Origin: Thermococcus sp.
GTDB lineage: Archaea > Methanobacteriota_B > Thermococci > Thermococcales > Thermococcaceae
Direction: 5' to 3'
DNA length: 59,211 nucleotides
Assembly (NCBI RefSeq): GCF_017656495.1
Contig: NZ_JACDNS010000012.1
Location: 1 to 59,211, forward strand
Part shown: positions 1 through 10,216 of the stretch, piece by piece
Layout of the letters: every line of letters begins with the position of its first letter
Position numbering within the stretch: position 1 is the first letter of the stretch
Program-made: the position numbers and the translations under genes
The notes under the pieces: model-generated
The model's input: the letters and a program-made list of their open reading frames with translations, nothing else
The model's database searches: none
Told to the model about the DNA's origin: nothing

Positions 1-212
1 CCAACAAGCTCCTTAGAAGTGTTATAACGGCGTATCTCGAGTCCACCGCCTTCCCAGGCTAGGCTACCCCGGCTCCATGAGAGTGTTGGGTTGAGTTTTT
101 ATAAACCTTACCGGCAAAAACTTTATTAACCTTTTATTACTAAAATATTTTCGGGCTCTAATCAAAGAGAAGATTTAAATGGAATGAGAAACATAGATAA
201 AATTGAAGGGAG

Positions 213-1400
213 GTGACAGAAATGGTCGGAATTCTCGTACAAGAAGTTATGACTGACAAGTTTGCAAAGATTGACATAAATGCCCCACTTTCTGAAGCAA
301 TTGGAATTTTTGAGACAGAAAACCCAGATTTAATTCTTGTATTTGATGGAAAAACCTACAAAGGTGTTGTTACTCAAGACTTATTAATTAGATCCCACTT
401 AAAATGGGATCCGACAAAAGCCAAAGTTAGGGATGTTTACAAGCCTGCCCCTGTTGTAAAACCTACAGATGATTTGAGCTTAGCTGCAAAGCTGATGTTG
501 GAGACTGACTTAAAATCACTACCTGTTGGGGAAGATAAGTCCAACATTTATGGTATAATAAGTGATATCTCACTTTTGGACAGGGTTGTTAAGGAAGAAT
601 TTGGTAAAAAACAGGTAAAAGAGTTTATGACTACAGATGTGATAACCCTAAAGCCAGATGATACTGTTGCTAAAGCCTTAGCAACGATGAGAGACCACAG
701 CATCTCAAGGATCCCAATTGTAAATGAAGAAGGGAAACTTGAAGGATTAGTAACCCTCCACGACTTAATAATCCGCTTCATAAAGCCAAGGTTCAAGGCC
801 CAATATGGAGAGCTTGCAGGGGAGAAAATACCACCATTCTCAACCCAGCTAAGGGAAGTCATGATGAGGGGAGTTATCACAATACTTCCAGATGCAACTA
901 TAAGAGAAGCCGTTGCCACAATGATAGACAATCACATTGATGGTCTAGTGGTTGTTAATGAAGAAAATAAGATTGTTGGTGTCTTAACAGTCAAGGATTT
1001 ATTGCTTCCAATTTCAAGGATGGTCGAAAAGGAAGCTAAGTTCTACTTACAACTTGGAGGAGATGCTCATTTATTGAGTGATTTCACAAGAGAGAGGATT
1101 ATCAGTGACATAAAAAAGTTCGTTGATGGGTACGCCGATGTTCTTGGTAATGAGGGAATTATTTACCTTCACATAAGGAGGTTCAATGAGAAGTTTAGAG
1201 GAGTTCACCTCTACCAAGCAAGAATGAGGGTTGTAACGGACAAAGGAGTTTTTGTGGCAACCGGTGAAACATGGGGGGCAATTCAAGCAGTTCATGATGC
1301 ATTGAGAGCTATTGAAAGACAGCTACTTCAAAAAGTGGAGTTACAAAGAGATTTAAGATATGCCAAGAGGTTCCTTGATAAGCTTGAGCTCTGGCGTTGA
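213..1400 (+). CDS. CBS-domain protein with four CBS motifs and a C-terminal domain of unknown function
   Basis: 395-aa ORF with repeated CBS-like blocks (for example GIISDISLLD, GLVTLHDLI, GVLTVKDLL) and an RBS-like GGGAGGTGA upstream. Family assigned from motif memory only. Confidence 0.55.
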   Translation: MTEMVGILVQEVMTDKFAKIDINAPLSEAIGIFETENPDLILVFDGKTYKGVVTQDLLIRSHLKWDPTKAKVRDVYKPAPVVKPTDDLSLAAKLMLETDLKSLPVGEDKSNIYGIISDISLLDRVVKEEFGKKQVKEFMTTDVITLKPDDTVAKALATMRDHSISRIPIVNEEGKLEGLVTLHDLIIRFIKPRFKAQYGELAGEKIPPFSTQLREVMMRGVITILPDATIREAVATMIDNHIDGLVVVNEENKIVGVLTVKDLLLPISRMVEKEAKFYLQLGGDAHLLSDFTRERIISDIKKFVDGYADVLGNEGIIYLHIRRFNEKFRGVHLYQARMRVVTDKGVFVATGETWGAIQAVHDALRAIERQLLQKVELQRDLRYAKRFLDKLELWR

Positions 1401-1408
1401 ATTCCTCA

Positions 1409-2515
1409 TTATTCATATTTCATGAATTCCTTTTCTATCAATTTTCTCTGTTTTTCGCTCAGTGCATCTAAGCTTACAACAAAGATTAAGGTTCCATTCT
1501 CTGCTATAACTCTATCTTTAAGACTCAATAAAAACTTAAACGCAGACTCAAATCCGTTCTCCAGCATCAAGTATTCAAATGCATCAATATACACCACGTT
1601 ATATCCCTGTTTTAATCCTTTTGTAACAAGATCTATTAGGATGTCTATTTTGGTTGGAGACATGGCAAAAATCCTTGGATTGCTATCAATAGTACCCTCT
1701 TTGATTTTTGTTATCCAGTAAATGAGCATATCATTTTCCATAGAAAACATGCGTGGATCTTTTCTAGTGATCATAATAACGTTGTTCTCCGAAAATAGGT
1801 TAGGAAACGTTCGTTTAACCTCATCGGGATTTGTAAACAAGTAGAAGTTTCTTGAAGCTATTGCTCTTTTCTCTCTCCTAGGAGGTGTTATGGGATAGAA
1901 TACAAATTTAATTGCTCCAATTGCCATTATCACTCTAAAGACTGCTCCCATGAGAAATCCATATGGGGCAAACCACTTTATGTTTCGGGTAAATGGATAT
2001 GTAAGGTTTAGCGCTCCAAGAAGAAACATCCCCACTGGGAAAAGCATTGCTACATAATCTTTTTTCGGGACATGAGCGTAAAGAACTCTTGCTGTATACA
2101 TATTTGCAAAGCCATATACTGCCAGAGGGAACAGCATCTTTAATGTGAAGCTGTAAGGCAGATTGGAAATTTTGGTGGTGGACATTATAAAAACCCAAAT
2201 ATAAGCAGCTGAAGAAAAGATAGCAAAGTACATTACGTCCTTTACTTCTGAAGTTGGCTTTTTTATATGAATGGCCCCCCACAGAAGAATAAATCCAATG
2301 AGGAATGCATTTACCATTATTAAGACTTCTTCTACTGCCGGATTTATCTGAAGCCCCAAGGGTCTAATGACGTAATTCTCAGCTTCTATGGCATTTAAAA
2401 AGAAAGCCAAAGACAGCAAAAGCCAGCCTTTTTCTTTGGTTTTAGTAAACTTGTAGGCTACTACAACGAATATAATCCATCTGGATATAAAACTTAAAAA
2501 AGGAATCACATCCAA
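1409..2515 (-). CDS. polytopic membrane protein with a C-terminal cytoplasmic DUF835-like domain (degenerate RecA/KaiC-like)
   Basis: 368-aa ORF with about 6 hydrophobic helices at the N-terminus. The C-terminal 140 aa (VVYIDAFEYLMLENGFESAFKFLLSLKD...LIFVVSLDALSEKQRKLIEKE) resembles the archaeal DUF835 signature as I remember it. Confidence 0.4.
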   Translation of the reverse strand: MDVIPFLSFISRWIIFVVVAYKFTKTKEKGWLLLSLAFFLNAIEAENYVIRPLGLQINPAVEEVLIMVNAFLIGFILLWGAIHIKKPTSEVKDVMYFAIFSSAAYIWVFIMSTTKISNLPYSFTLKMLFPLAVYGFANMYTARVLYAHVPKKDYVAMLFPVGMFLLGALNLTYPFTRNIKWFAPYGFLMGAVFRVIMAIGAIKFVFYPITPPRREKRAIASRNFYLFTNPDEVKRTFPNLFSENNVIMITRKDPRMFSMENDMLIYWITKIKEGTIDSNPRIFAMSPTKIDILIDLVTKGLKQGYNVVYIDAFEYLMLENGFESAFKFLLSLKDRVIAENGTLIFVVSLDALSEKQRKLIEKEFMKYE

Positions 2516-2521
2516 CCTTTC

Positions 2522-3775
2522 TCACCTTTCAATTATTTCCTTATGTTGCTTAACAGTAACTAAACTGTTGGAAGGGATATTTTTATCAACTATCACTCCT
2601 GGGCCAACAAATGAGTTGCTTCCTATCTTTCTTCCGGGGTATATTGAAACATTTATTCCGACTTTGACATTGTGTCCTATGATTGCACCTAATTTTCTTC
2701 TCCCACTGTCTTCAAGCTTGCCCTTTACTTCGACCTTTATAGTCTTATTATCGTGTCTCAGATTCGCTGTTATGGTTCCAGCTCCTAAGTTTGTGTGCTC
2801 TCCAATAATTGAGTCGCCAACGTAGTTTAAGTGTGGAGCATTACTGTGATCCATTATTATTGAGTTTTTAATCTCAACTGCGTTTCCAATGTGACAATGG
2901 TTGCCGATGCTAGTATAGGGCCTTATGAAGCAGTTGGGACCAATTTTACAGTTCTTTCCAATTTTCACTGGACCAACGATATATGCGCCGCTTTTAACAA
3001 CTGTTCCCTCTCCAATTTCAACAGGAGGTATTATTGTTGCCCCCTCTTCCACAATTCCTCTAATCTCATGCCTTAAATGATTCTTGAGGATGTACTCGTT
3101 CAAATTGAGCAAATCCCAGGGTCTTCCAATGTCATTCCAATAGCCATCATAAACTGCATAGGCAACTTTTCTGCCTGCTTTTATCATAAGGTTAATCGTG
3201 TCCGTTATTTCATACTCACCGCGCTTGCTCACTGGAGTTTTTTCAATGAATTCAAAGACATCTGGCTTGAATAAATAAATTCCTAGATTTGCATATCCTC
3301 TGACATTTCCGGGCTTTTCTTTAATTTCTCTGATGTAGTCTCCTTCGACTTCAATTTTTCCAAAATGGCTTAGGTCTTCAAACTCCTTGACCAAAAGGAC
3401 AGCATCTGCCTTCCTAAATGCTTGAAGAAGAGCTTTCACGGCATCTCTCTCAAAATAAATATCTCCATTTACCGCCAAAAAGGACTCCCCTTCAATATAC
3501 TCCTTTGCAGAATATATTGCCCTCGCAGTGCCTTCTCCTTCAACTTGCTCCACATAGGTGATAGGTTTGCCATTGTACTCATCGCCCAAAAACTCAATCA
3601 ATTTCTCTTTCTGATATCTGACGATGATTATGAATTCATCAACAAAGGGGTATAAATTATCGAGAACGTACTCTATAATTGCCTTATTTGCAACTTTCAG
3701 CAGAACTTTTGGTCTGTCATCAGTTAAAGGCCTCAACCTTTCGCCTTTCCCAGCTGCAAGTATTACACCTTTCAA
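2522..3775 (-). CDS. sugar-1-phosphate nucleotidylyltransferase fused to a left-handed beta-helix acyltransferase domain (GlmU/ST0452-like)
   Basis: The N-terminus MKGVILAAGKGERLRPLTDDRPKVLL is the nucleotidyltransferase G-loop. The C-terminal half is rich in hexapeptide repeats (IGEGTVVKSGAYIVGPVKIGKNCKIGPNCFI). Its stop overlaps the uppP start by 4 nt. Confidence 0.65.
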   Translation of the reverse strand: MKGVILAAGKGERLRPLTDDRPKVLLKVANKAIIEYVLDNLYPFVDEFIIIVRYQKEKLIEFLGDEYNGKPITYVEQVEGEGTARAIYSAKEYIEGESFLAVNGDIYFERDAVKALLQAFRKADAVLLVKEFEDLSHFGKIEVEGDYIREIKEKPGNVRGYANLGIYLFKPDVFEFIEKTPVSKRGEYEITDTINLMIKAGRKVAYAVYDGYWNDIGRPWDLLNLNEYILKNHLRHEIRGIVEEGATIIPPVEIGEGTVVKSGAYIVGPVKIGKNCKIGPNCFIRPYTSIGNHCHIGNAVEIKNSIIMDHSNAPHLNYVGDSIIGEHTNLGAGTITANLRHDNKTIKVEVKGKLEDSGRRKLGAIIGHNVKVGINVSIYPGRKIGSNSFVGPGVIVDKNIPSNSLVTVKQHKEIIER

Positions 3776-4584
3776 ATTAACACCCCCAATAACGAAGCAA
3801 CCACCGCTATGCTACCAAATACTATACAGAACTTGGAGAAATTTAACTTTTCTGCTAATTTAAGCATTCCCTCAAGTGTCAGTAAGCTTATGATAAATGC
3901 GCTCAGTACAGCCACTAGAGATACTGTGATAGGCTCATTTACAGCTTGGAGTTCTAAAAATAGAGCGCCAAAGATTGTCGGAACCGCCATTAAGAAGCTA
4001 AGCCTCACAGCTTTTTTCTGGTCAACTCCAAGCAAAAGTAAGGCTCCAATAGTCATTCCTGAACGCGAGATTCCTGGTAAAATAGCCACACCTTGGGCAA
4101 TGCCTGCAATCATTGCCTCCACAATAGTCACTTCTTCTTTCCTCTTCTTTGGAACAATTTGTCTAAATTCATCTTTGGGCTTTTCCTTGCTCTTAGCTAG
4201 GATTATTCCAGTTAATATCAAGGCAAAGCCCACTATTCCATTCACAGCCTCAGTGTTTAGTGACGCAACAATTGTCTTGAATGCTTTGTAAAGTGGAAGC
4301 CCAACCACTGCGGTAAAGAGCGTTGAATAGAAGAGAAATGTCTCCTCCTCCCCCCATCTAAACGTTACAAGATTCATTAGAATTCTTCCCAGTTCATATC
4401 TGAATTTAAATAACACTGCAAAGAGAGTTCCGAAATGAAGGAGCAGGGCATAGGAGTAAGCTTTTTCTGGGGAAACTCCAAAAAAGTTTATCAGTGCTAA
4501 CATTACCTGACCAGAACTGCTTATCGGTAGCCATTCAGTAAATCCCTGCAATATGCCCATTATAATTGCCTCGATGTAATCCAT
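3772..4584 (-). CDS. uppP: undecaprenyl-diphosphatase (UppP/BacA family)
   Basis: Opens with GILQGFTEWLPISSSGQVML, which is the characteristic UppP start, and has 7-8 TM helices. Its start overlaps the downstream nucleotidyltransferase gene, so the two are likely an operon. Confidence 0.7.
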   Translation of the reverse strand: MDYIEAIIMGILQGFTEWLPISSSGQVMLALINFFGVSPEKAYSYALLLHFGTLFAVLFKFRYELGRILMNLVTFRWGEEETFLFYSTLFTAVVGLPLYKAFKTIVASLNTEAVNGIVGFALILTGIILAKSKEKPKDEFRQIVPKKRKEEVTIVEAMIAGIAQGVAILPGISRSGMTIGALLLLGVDQKKAVRLSFLMAVPTIFGALFLELQAVNEPITVSLVAVLSAFIISLLTLEGMLKLAEKLNFSKFCIVFGSIAVVASLLGVLI

Positions 4585-4667
4585 AACAAATCACTGGTTG
4601 AGTATTTAAGTGCTTGGAAAAATAAACTTTTCGAGAAAAAGCTTTATACTGTTCGGCTAATCTAATT

Positions 4668-5501
4668 TTGGTGGTGAAGATGAGGATTACAATTCTCTTT
4701 GAAAACCACAGTGGATTTAAGAAAGGCTTTTTTGGAGGGCACGGCTTTTCGGCTTTAGTGGAGCACAAAGGATACAAAATATTAGTTGATACAGGAGTTG
4801 ATGGTGAAATTTTATTGAAAAATATGAACGCATTAGGAATTAAGCCCGCAGATATTGATTATCTCTTCTTAACTCATGGGCATTACGATCACACAGAGGG
4901 CTTAAAAGCTCTTCTTGAAGCGAGAGGAGGAAAGAAGCTGACAATCATTGCTCACCCAGAAATATTTGTCAAGAGAGTCGCGTTAAAGCCGCATTTAAGA
5001 GATATAAGTTTGCCGTTCAAGAGAGAGCAACTTGAAGAATTGGGAGCAGAGTTCATATTGACTAGAGATCCCATCCAAATTATTGAAGGCATTTATTCAA
5101 GCGGAGAAATTGAGAGAGTTACATGGGACAGAGCTGTTGGATACAAGATTGAGAATGGAAAGCTCGTGAAAGATGAGGTAAAGGATGACATGGCTCTAAT
5201 TCTTGACTTAGGTGATAGCATAGCAGTAATAACCGGTTGTGGACATAGTGGAGTAATTAACATAGCCATGCATGCTCAAAAGCTCATGAACAAACCAATC
5301 AAAGTTCTCATCGGTGGATTTCACTTAATCGGTGCAAAACCTGAGATCTTAAAAGAAACTGTTGAGAAACTAAATGAGTTAAAAGTTGAGAAGCTTTATG
5401 CTGGCCACTGCACGGGATTTGAAGCAATGAGCTCTTTCATGATTGAATTTGGAAAAGCCTTTGAGCCTCTTTACGTAGGCAAAGCTATTGAGCTGGGATA
5501 A
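4668..5501 (+). CDS. metallo-beta-lactamase-fold hydrolase
   Basis: Contains [11 protein letters not shown], the HxHxDH motif, plus downstream His and Asp ligands. 277 aa. Confidence 0.6.
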   Translation: MVVKMRITILFENHSGFKKGFFGGHGFSALVEHKGYKILVDTGVDGEILLKNMNALGIKPADIDYLFLTHGHYDHTEGLKALLEARGGKKLTIIAHPEIFVKRVALKPHLRDISLPFKREQLEELGAEFILTRDPIQIIEGIYSSGEIERVTWDRAVGYKIENGKLVKDEVKDDMALILDLGDSIAVITGCGHSGVINIAMHAQKLMNKPIKVLIGGFHLIGAKPEILKETVEKLNELKVEKLYAGHCTGFEAMSSFMIEFGKAFEPLYVGKAIELG

Positions 5502-5547
5502 ATTATCCATAAAATCCTTTTTAAGGCAACTTTTTCTCCTTTTAACC

Positions 5548-6612
5548 ATGTATGAACTGACAGAGGACTACAAACTTAGAAAAATCACAAAATTTGAGCT
5601 TGATATGATTAATGAGCGAGATGATTTACTGATTATTCCTCCTTCATCTAAAGCTGGTCCTTGTGGAAACGACTGTGTATTCTGTTATCTCACTCAAAAT
5701 CCTCCTCAGATGATTTATCGAGTTGCCAAGCATGACACCTTAAACGACCCCGAGTTAGAAAGGAGAATTGCCTACGCAAGAGAGCATTACGATTTGTGGA
5801 TTCGCGTTACTGACACTTCCGCAAATGTTCGGTTTGATGAAAAGCGTATAGAATCACTCTACAAGGCTGGCTTAGATGAGATTCAGATTTCTCTTCACAC
5901 TACTAAAAAAGATGTTAGGATAAGACTCATGCACAACAGAAATGCTGGAAAAGTCATTGATTTAATACCAAAAATTGTGGAGCACTTTAGAATGATTGCT
6001 GATATAATTCTAACCCCCGGATATAACGTCAATGATATTGGGGAAATTTTAGATGACTTAGACAGTTTTGGAGTTCATGAAGTTAGACTTTTCCCTGTTG
6101 GGATTACGAAGTTTTCGAGAACGAGAGCATTGACGAGGGGGGAGCTTCTATTTGTGAAAAACGTTGCGTTGGAGAAGCAAAAAGAACTAGATATTGAAAT
6201 AGTGATTCCTCCGATATTCCAAGCTCTTTTAGGGGAGTTCACAACTGGCTTGGAACCTTTTGACATTGAGATGAATATTCCAACGTATATCCTAACGGGC
6301 GAGCTTGCATACCCGGAAATGAAGCGCTTATTCCCAAAGCTCAACGTTGTCATGGTTAAGAATGAAGTATTTGGTGGAAATATTGGCACAGCTGGACTTT
6401 TGACGGGATATGACGTATTGAGGACTGTTAAACAACTGCCGGAGGTTGACTTAGGCATTCTCCTTCTCCCGGAGGTCATGTTTCATGGCGACATTACTTT
6501 AGACGGCTGGAAGAGAGAAGAACTCTTTAACAGAATCCTGATTGAAAAAGGTTATATCGTTGAGACTGCGCTTGAGCCTCAAGATATCCCAAAGATTTTG
6601 GAGAGATTCTAA
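5548..6612 (+). CDS. radical SAM domain protein
   Basis: CGNDCVFC (CxxxCxxC) sits near the N-terminus. I moved the start to the ATG at 5548 (MYELTEDY). The listed ORF began at a TTG inside the end of the previous gene. A TATA-like TTTTTAAGG lies about 27 bp upstream of 5548, consistent with a leaderless mRNA. Confidence 0.55.
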   Translation: MYELTEDYKLRKITKFELDMINERDDLLIIPPSSKAGPCGNDCVFCYLTQNPPQMIYRVAKHDTLNDPELERRIAYAREHYDLWIRVTDTSANVRFDEKRIESLYKAGLDEIQISLHTTKKDVRIRLMHNRNAGKVIDLIPKIVEHFRMIADIILTPGYNVNDIGEILDDLDSFGVHEVRLFPVGITKFSRTRALTRGELLFVKNVALEKQKELDIEIVIPPIFQALLGEFTTGLEPFDIEMNIPTYILTGELAYPEMKRLFPKLNVVMVKNEVFGGNIGTAGLLTGYDVLRTVKQLPEVDLGILLLPEVMFHGDITLDGWKREELFNRILIEKGYIVETALEPQDIPKILERF

Positions 6613-6669
6613 CTCCAAAGCTTTAAAAACCCATCTGCAAAACCTAAGAAAGGCGAGACGAAGAAAGAG

Positions 6670-7731
6670 GTGAGAGAAATGAAAAATCCTTTTGAAAAAA
6701 TGCCAACTATCCTTTTAGCTGACGAGCTTATCGATAAAGCCTTTAGGAGAGCTGAAAAAGCAGCATCATCATTCACCCCGCGAGGGAATAAAATAAGCAA
6801 AGCGAGACAGAGGGAGGAGCTTAGAATAAGGACTGTTTCAAACGTCATTAGGGATAATCTGAGGAAAATCCTTGACAGAACTCCTGGTGTCTCAACTCTG
6901 CCTCCATTCTATCAGGAGCTAGTCGATACACTCGTTGATAGAAAGATGTTCCATAAGGCTTTAGCGTCTGTGAATTGGGCAATAAAGACAATAAGAACGC
7001 TTGAAGAGAGATATGTGGAAAAGATTAGATATTCAAGAGACCCAAATGAGATCGCTCAGCTTAGAAGGCAGTTTTACGGAAGAGTTGCAAGCGTCATTAA
7101 GGACATAGCAGACAACTTGGAGTATCTCAACAAGGCTAGAGATGTTTTGAAGGACTTACCTGTTATAGACCTCAGCTTGCCAACCATTGTCATAGCTGGA
7201 CATCCAAATGTTGGAAAGTCAACTCTTCTCAGGCAGCTCACAAATGCGAAGCCAGAAGTGGCGAGTTATCCCTTCACAACCAAGGGAATTAACGTTGGGC
7301 AGTTTGAGGAGCACTGGCTCAAGTATCAGGTGATAGACACCCCTGGTTTGCTTGACAGACCTTTAAGTGAGCGCAATGAAATAGAAAGGCAGGCAATTTT
7401 AGCATTAAAGCACCTCGGAAAAGTGATAATTTACATCTTTGACCCATCGGAGTACTGTGGATTTCCACTTGAGGAGCAGATGCATCTCTTCGAAGAGATT
7501 TATGAGGAGTTCAAAGAGTTCCCATTCATAGTTGTTTTGAACAAAGTTGATGTAGCTGATGAAGAAAAGATAAGGAGAGTTGAAGAGTTCTTGAGAGCTA
7601 GAGGGATAGAGCCTATAAGGATTGTGGCTAAAGATGGACTTGGAGTTGACGAAGTTAAAAAGAAAATATTGGAAATTCTAAGGCCAGAACTAGAGAGGGC
7701 AATTTACGCTCCCAAAGATGTTCCGCAGTAA
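6670..7731 (+). CDS. NOG1-family GTP-binding protein
   Basis: GHPNVGKSTLL is the G1 motif and DTPGLLD is the G3 motif. An N-terminal helical NOG1-like domain is present. 353 aa. Confidence 0.65.
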   Translation: MREMKNPFEKMPTILLADELIDKAFRRAEKAASSFTPRGNKISKARQREELRIRTVSNVIRDNLRKILDRTPGVSTLPPFYQELVDTLVDRKMFHKALASVNWAIKTIRTLEERYVEKIRYSRDPNEIAQLRRQFYGRVASVIKDIADNLEYLNKARDVLKDLPVIDLSLPTIVIAGHPNVGKSTLLRQLTNAKPEVASYPFTTKGINVGQFEEHWLKYQVIDTPGLLDRPLSERNEIERQAILALKHLGKVIIYIFDPSEYCGFPLEEQMHLFEEIYEEFKEFPFIVVLNKVDVADEEKIRRVEEFLRARGIEPIRIVAKDGLGVDEVKKKILEILRPELERAIYAPKDVPQ

Positions 7732-8618
7732 GGACAAAACTCTAGGTATATTGGCTTCATAGCATTGCATTTTTCACATTTCTCCTTCAGTTTTACTCCA
7801 CAATTCGGACAAAAGATATAATCGTCTTTTATTGGGAATCCACAACTATAACACTTGTTTTGTCCAATTCTACGCTTGTAAAGTTTTTCAAGCTTGAAGT
7901 ATTCTTTTCTGATGTAGTATAAAGCTAAAACCGTTGCTACGGCACCAAAAAGACTCAAGCCAATTACTTGAAAAGTGTTCCAAACTGCTTGAACTATTAA
8001 GTAAGCGAACAGGAGGGATGAATAAGCGACTAGAGATACAGCATAGATGTTCTTATAACGTCTGAATATGAGAAACGAAGCCAAAAATACAGGAATTACA
8101 AAAATAAGCTTCAAAGCCAAAACTTTTGCCCGGTAGGCAGAGTAGGCATTTCTGTACTCTTGATAAGCCTTTTCTCTCTGCTGATCAATCTGTTGGTTAA
8201 CGCTGTTTAGCTGTTTTTCTATATCTACATATGCCCTCTCAATGGCTTGAAAAGCTAAATATGCTTTTTCATATTCCTTTTTTGCCCTTAAATACTCATT
8301 TTTAATCTCTTCTGTCGCGTTGCCACTCTCTAAAGCAACCCTATATTCTTCACGCTTGAAAATATAGAGCTCATTTGCCTTTGTTAAATTGGTCTTTGCT
8401 TCTTCATAGAGACTCCTAAAATGCTTAAACATGACTAACAATCTGCTCCGGTTTTCCAAAAGCTCTTTAGACACATACTTAGATTCATAATCTCCAAAAT
8501 CTGGTCTTTCAATGGCATTGTTGAGTTCGCTCAGAAAATTTATGCTCGCTAAAAGGAGGAACAAGACAAAAGCGCTCGCTAAAATCTTTTCAATTCTGCT
8601 ATACTCCACAAATCTCAC
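7704..8618 (-). CDS. membrane protein with an N-terminal coiled coil, two TM helices and a C-terminal double zinc ribbon
   Basis: C-terminus reads CYSCGFPIKDDYIFCPNCGVKLKEKCEKCNAMKPIYLEFCPYCGTSL. The central region is a heptad-rich coiled coil with two hydrophobic helices. Confidence 0.45.
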   Translation of the reverse strand: MRFVEYSRIEKILASAFVLFLLLASINFLSELNNAIERPDFGDYESKYVSKELLENRSRLLVMFKHFRSLYEEAKTNLTKANELYIFKREEYRVALESGNATEEIKNEYLRAKKEYEKAYLAFQAIERAYVDIEKQLNSVNQQIDQQREKAYQEYRNAYSAYRAKVLALKLIFVIPVFLASFLIFRRYKNIYAVSLVAYSSLLFAYLIVQAVWNTFQVIGLSLFGAVATVLALYYIRKEYFKLEKLYKRRIGQNKCYSCGFPIKDDYIFCPNCGVKLKEKCEKCNAMKPIYLEFCPYCGTSLGA

Positions 8619-8710
8619 CAGCTAAACATAAGTCCACATTGTATATTAAGTTACCCTACAATCATGTGCAAAAGAGTCAGCAAAAGTAAAATTATAGAAG
8701 AGGTTCAAAA

Positions 8711-9106
8711 TCAGGCGCTCTTCTCCTCTTTTATCAAAACAGCGTTAACAACACCATCTTGCCCTGGTCTTGAGGTGACGATTGCCTTCCCAATTTCAGT
8801 CTGAATAATTGCGCCTTTTGTAATGATGTTTCTTCTAACGTACTGCCTGTTTGCTGGGTTCTCGACGACACCGAGTATCTTTACCTTTTTGCCCTTTCCG
8901 CCGTCGAAGACGTTTGCATAGAGTGCCTGAACAAGTCTTACCTTTCTGTTTCCACCAAATGTTCTGATGATCTTTCTCTCTTCTTTGTATTCGCCAACCC
9001 TAGTAAAGGCTGGCTCTCTTCCAAGCTCCCTCTTTCTCTTCTTTCTTGCGAGGACAATTCTTCCACCTGAAGGCTTTTTGAGTGATCTTCCTTGCCAAAT
9101 TGCCAT
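8711..9106 (-). CDS. rps8e: 30S ribosomal protein S8e
   Basis: [16 protein letters not shown] is the canonical S8e N-terminus. I trimmed the start to the ATG at 9106, which has GAGGTGA 6 nt upstream. Confidence 0.8.
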   Translation of the reverse strand: MAIWQGRSLKKPSGGRIVLARKKRKRELGREPAFTRVGEYKEERKIIRTFGGNRKVRLVQALYANVFDGGKGKKVKILGVVENPANRQYVRRNIITKGAIIQTEIGKAIVTSRPGQDGVVNAVLIKEEKSA

Positions 9107-9222
9107 ATCTCTCACCTCATGATGATCCTAATCCTAAGGGCATTTTAAGGAGTTTGTTTATAAGCTTTTTCCCAGAAAAGATTTAAAACACTTTGGATAA
9201 ATTACTGATTAAGGTGGTAGTT

Positions 9223-10158
9223 ATGGGAGCTATAAATGCCTTTGCCAAAACTATCGAGACCATAACCAAACATCCAAAACTTCTGCTCATACCCCTTGTT
9301 ATTGCACTCCTAATTGCACCAATCTCAGCTTATCTCCTGAAGGACTACACTATGCTGTTTACGGAGGAAATGCAAAAGAACCTTGAGCAAAAACAAGAGG
9401 GAAATGTTATAGTTGAGGAATATGGTAGCATAATTTCAAAAGAGGACATGGAAAAATTCATGGATTACATTAAAATTCTCTCCCTTCTGGGAGTTCTCTC
9501 GGCATTGCTAAATGCAATCGGCCAGTATGCGGTTATAAAAGGAATTCTCACAGCGGAGAAAGGGGAAGAATATTCCCTCTCCCAGCTCTTCATAGAAGGT
9601 TTCAAGAACATGATTAAAGTATTCCTTGTAAACCTCATCATAGGGCTAATTGTGCTTGTAATAATGATGGTTCCGCTTATTTTGGTTATCATACCTCTAG
9701 TAGCCGGAGCAATGACTGAGTCTGAGGGTCTTATCATAGCAGCTGTTCTCCTTGTGATACTAATTGAGCTTCCGCTGGTTTTCTTCCTCTTTGGACTGAG
9801 TTCAATGGCAGTTCCAATATATGTCATCAAAGGCTCAATAGGGGCAGCATTTGAATGCTTTAGTGTAGCCTTCAAAAACAAGCTCTCAACTTTAGCGTTT
9901 GGGATTCTGTTGTTGATTTCTGTAGTTCTGATCATGATAGTGCCAGGCTCTTTCATGGGGCTTGCAGCATTGGGAGCGTCGGGATTTGTAACACAGCTGC
10001 TCTTGAATTTAATTGAAGCACCGTTTCAAGCTTTGATGCAAGCCGTGATGTCCATTGGCGGTCTAATGCTTTATCTCGAACTTACAAGGGAAGAAAAAGA
10101 CCTTGAAGAGGAAATCTTGGAAGAGGTGCAGAGGGAGTTTAACGACTTTGGAGTCTAA
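9223..10158 (+). CDS. polytopic membrane protein of unknown function (paralog A of a tandem pair)
   Basis: Hydrophobic throughout, with an acidic C-terminal tail. Start set at ATGGGAGCT, which is preceded by AAGGTGGT. The N-terminus aligns residue by residue with the next gene. Confidence 0.45.
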   Translation: MGAINAFAKTIETITKHPKLLLIPLVIALLIAPISAYLLKDYTMLFTEEMQKNLEQKQEGNVIVEEYGSIISKEDMEKFMDYIKILSLLGVLSALLNAIGQYAVIKGILTAEKGEEYSLSQLFIEGFKNMIKVFLVNLIIGLIVLVIMMVPLILVIIPLVAGAMTESEGLIIAAVLLVILIELPLVFFLFGLSSMAVPIYVIKGSIGAAFECFSVAFKNKLSTLAFGILLLISVVLIMIVPGSFMGLAALGASGFVTQLLLNLIEAPFQALMQAVMSIGGLMLYLELTREEKDLEEEILEEVQREFNDFGV

Positions 10159-10216
10159 AGTTTTCCACCTTCATCTTCTATTCTTTTCTCCTCATATATA
10201 GTAACATTTTTAACCT

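Noticed and set aside
5488-5547. An upstream TTG start for the radical SAM gene overlaps the MBL gene.
   Set aside because: TTG without an RBS sits inside the preceding gene. An ATG with a TATA box at leaderless distance is the better start.
9465-9956. A 163-aa minus-strand ORF lies inside the membrane-protein gene.
   Set aside because: It is antisense to a hydrophobic gene. It is Arg/Ser/Thr-rich and has no start context.
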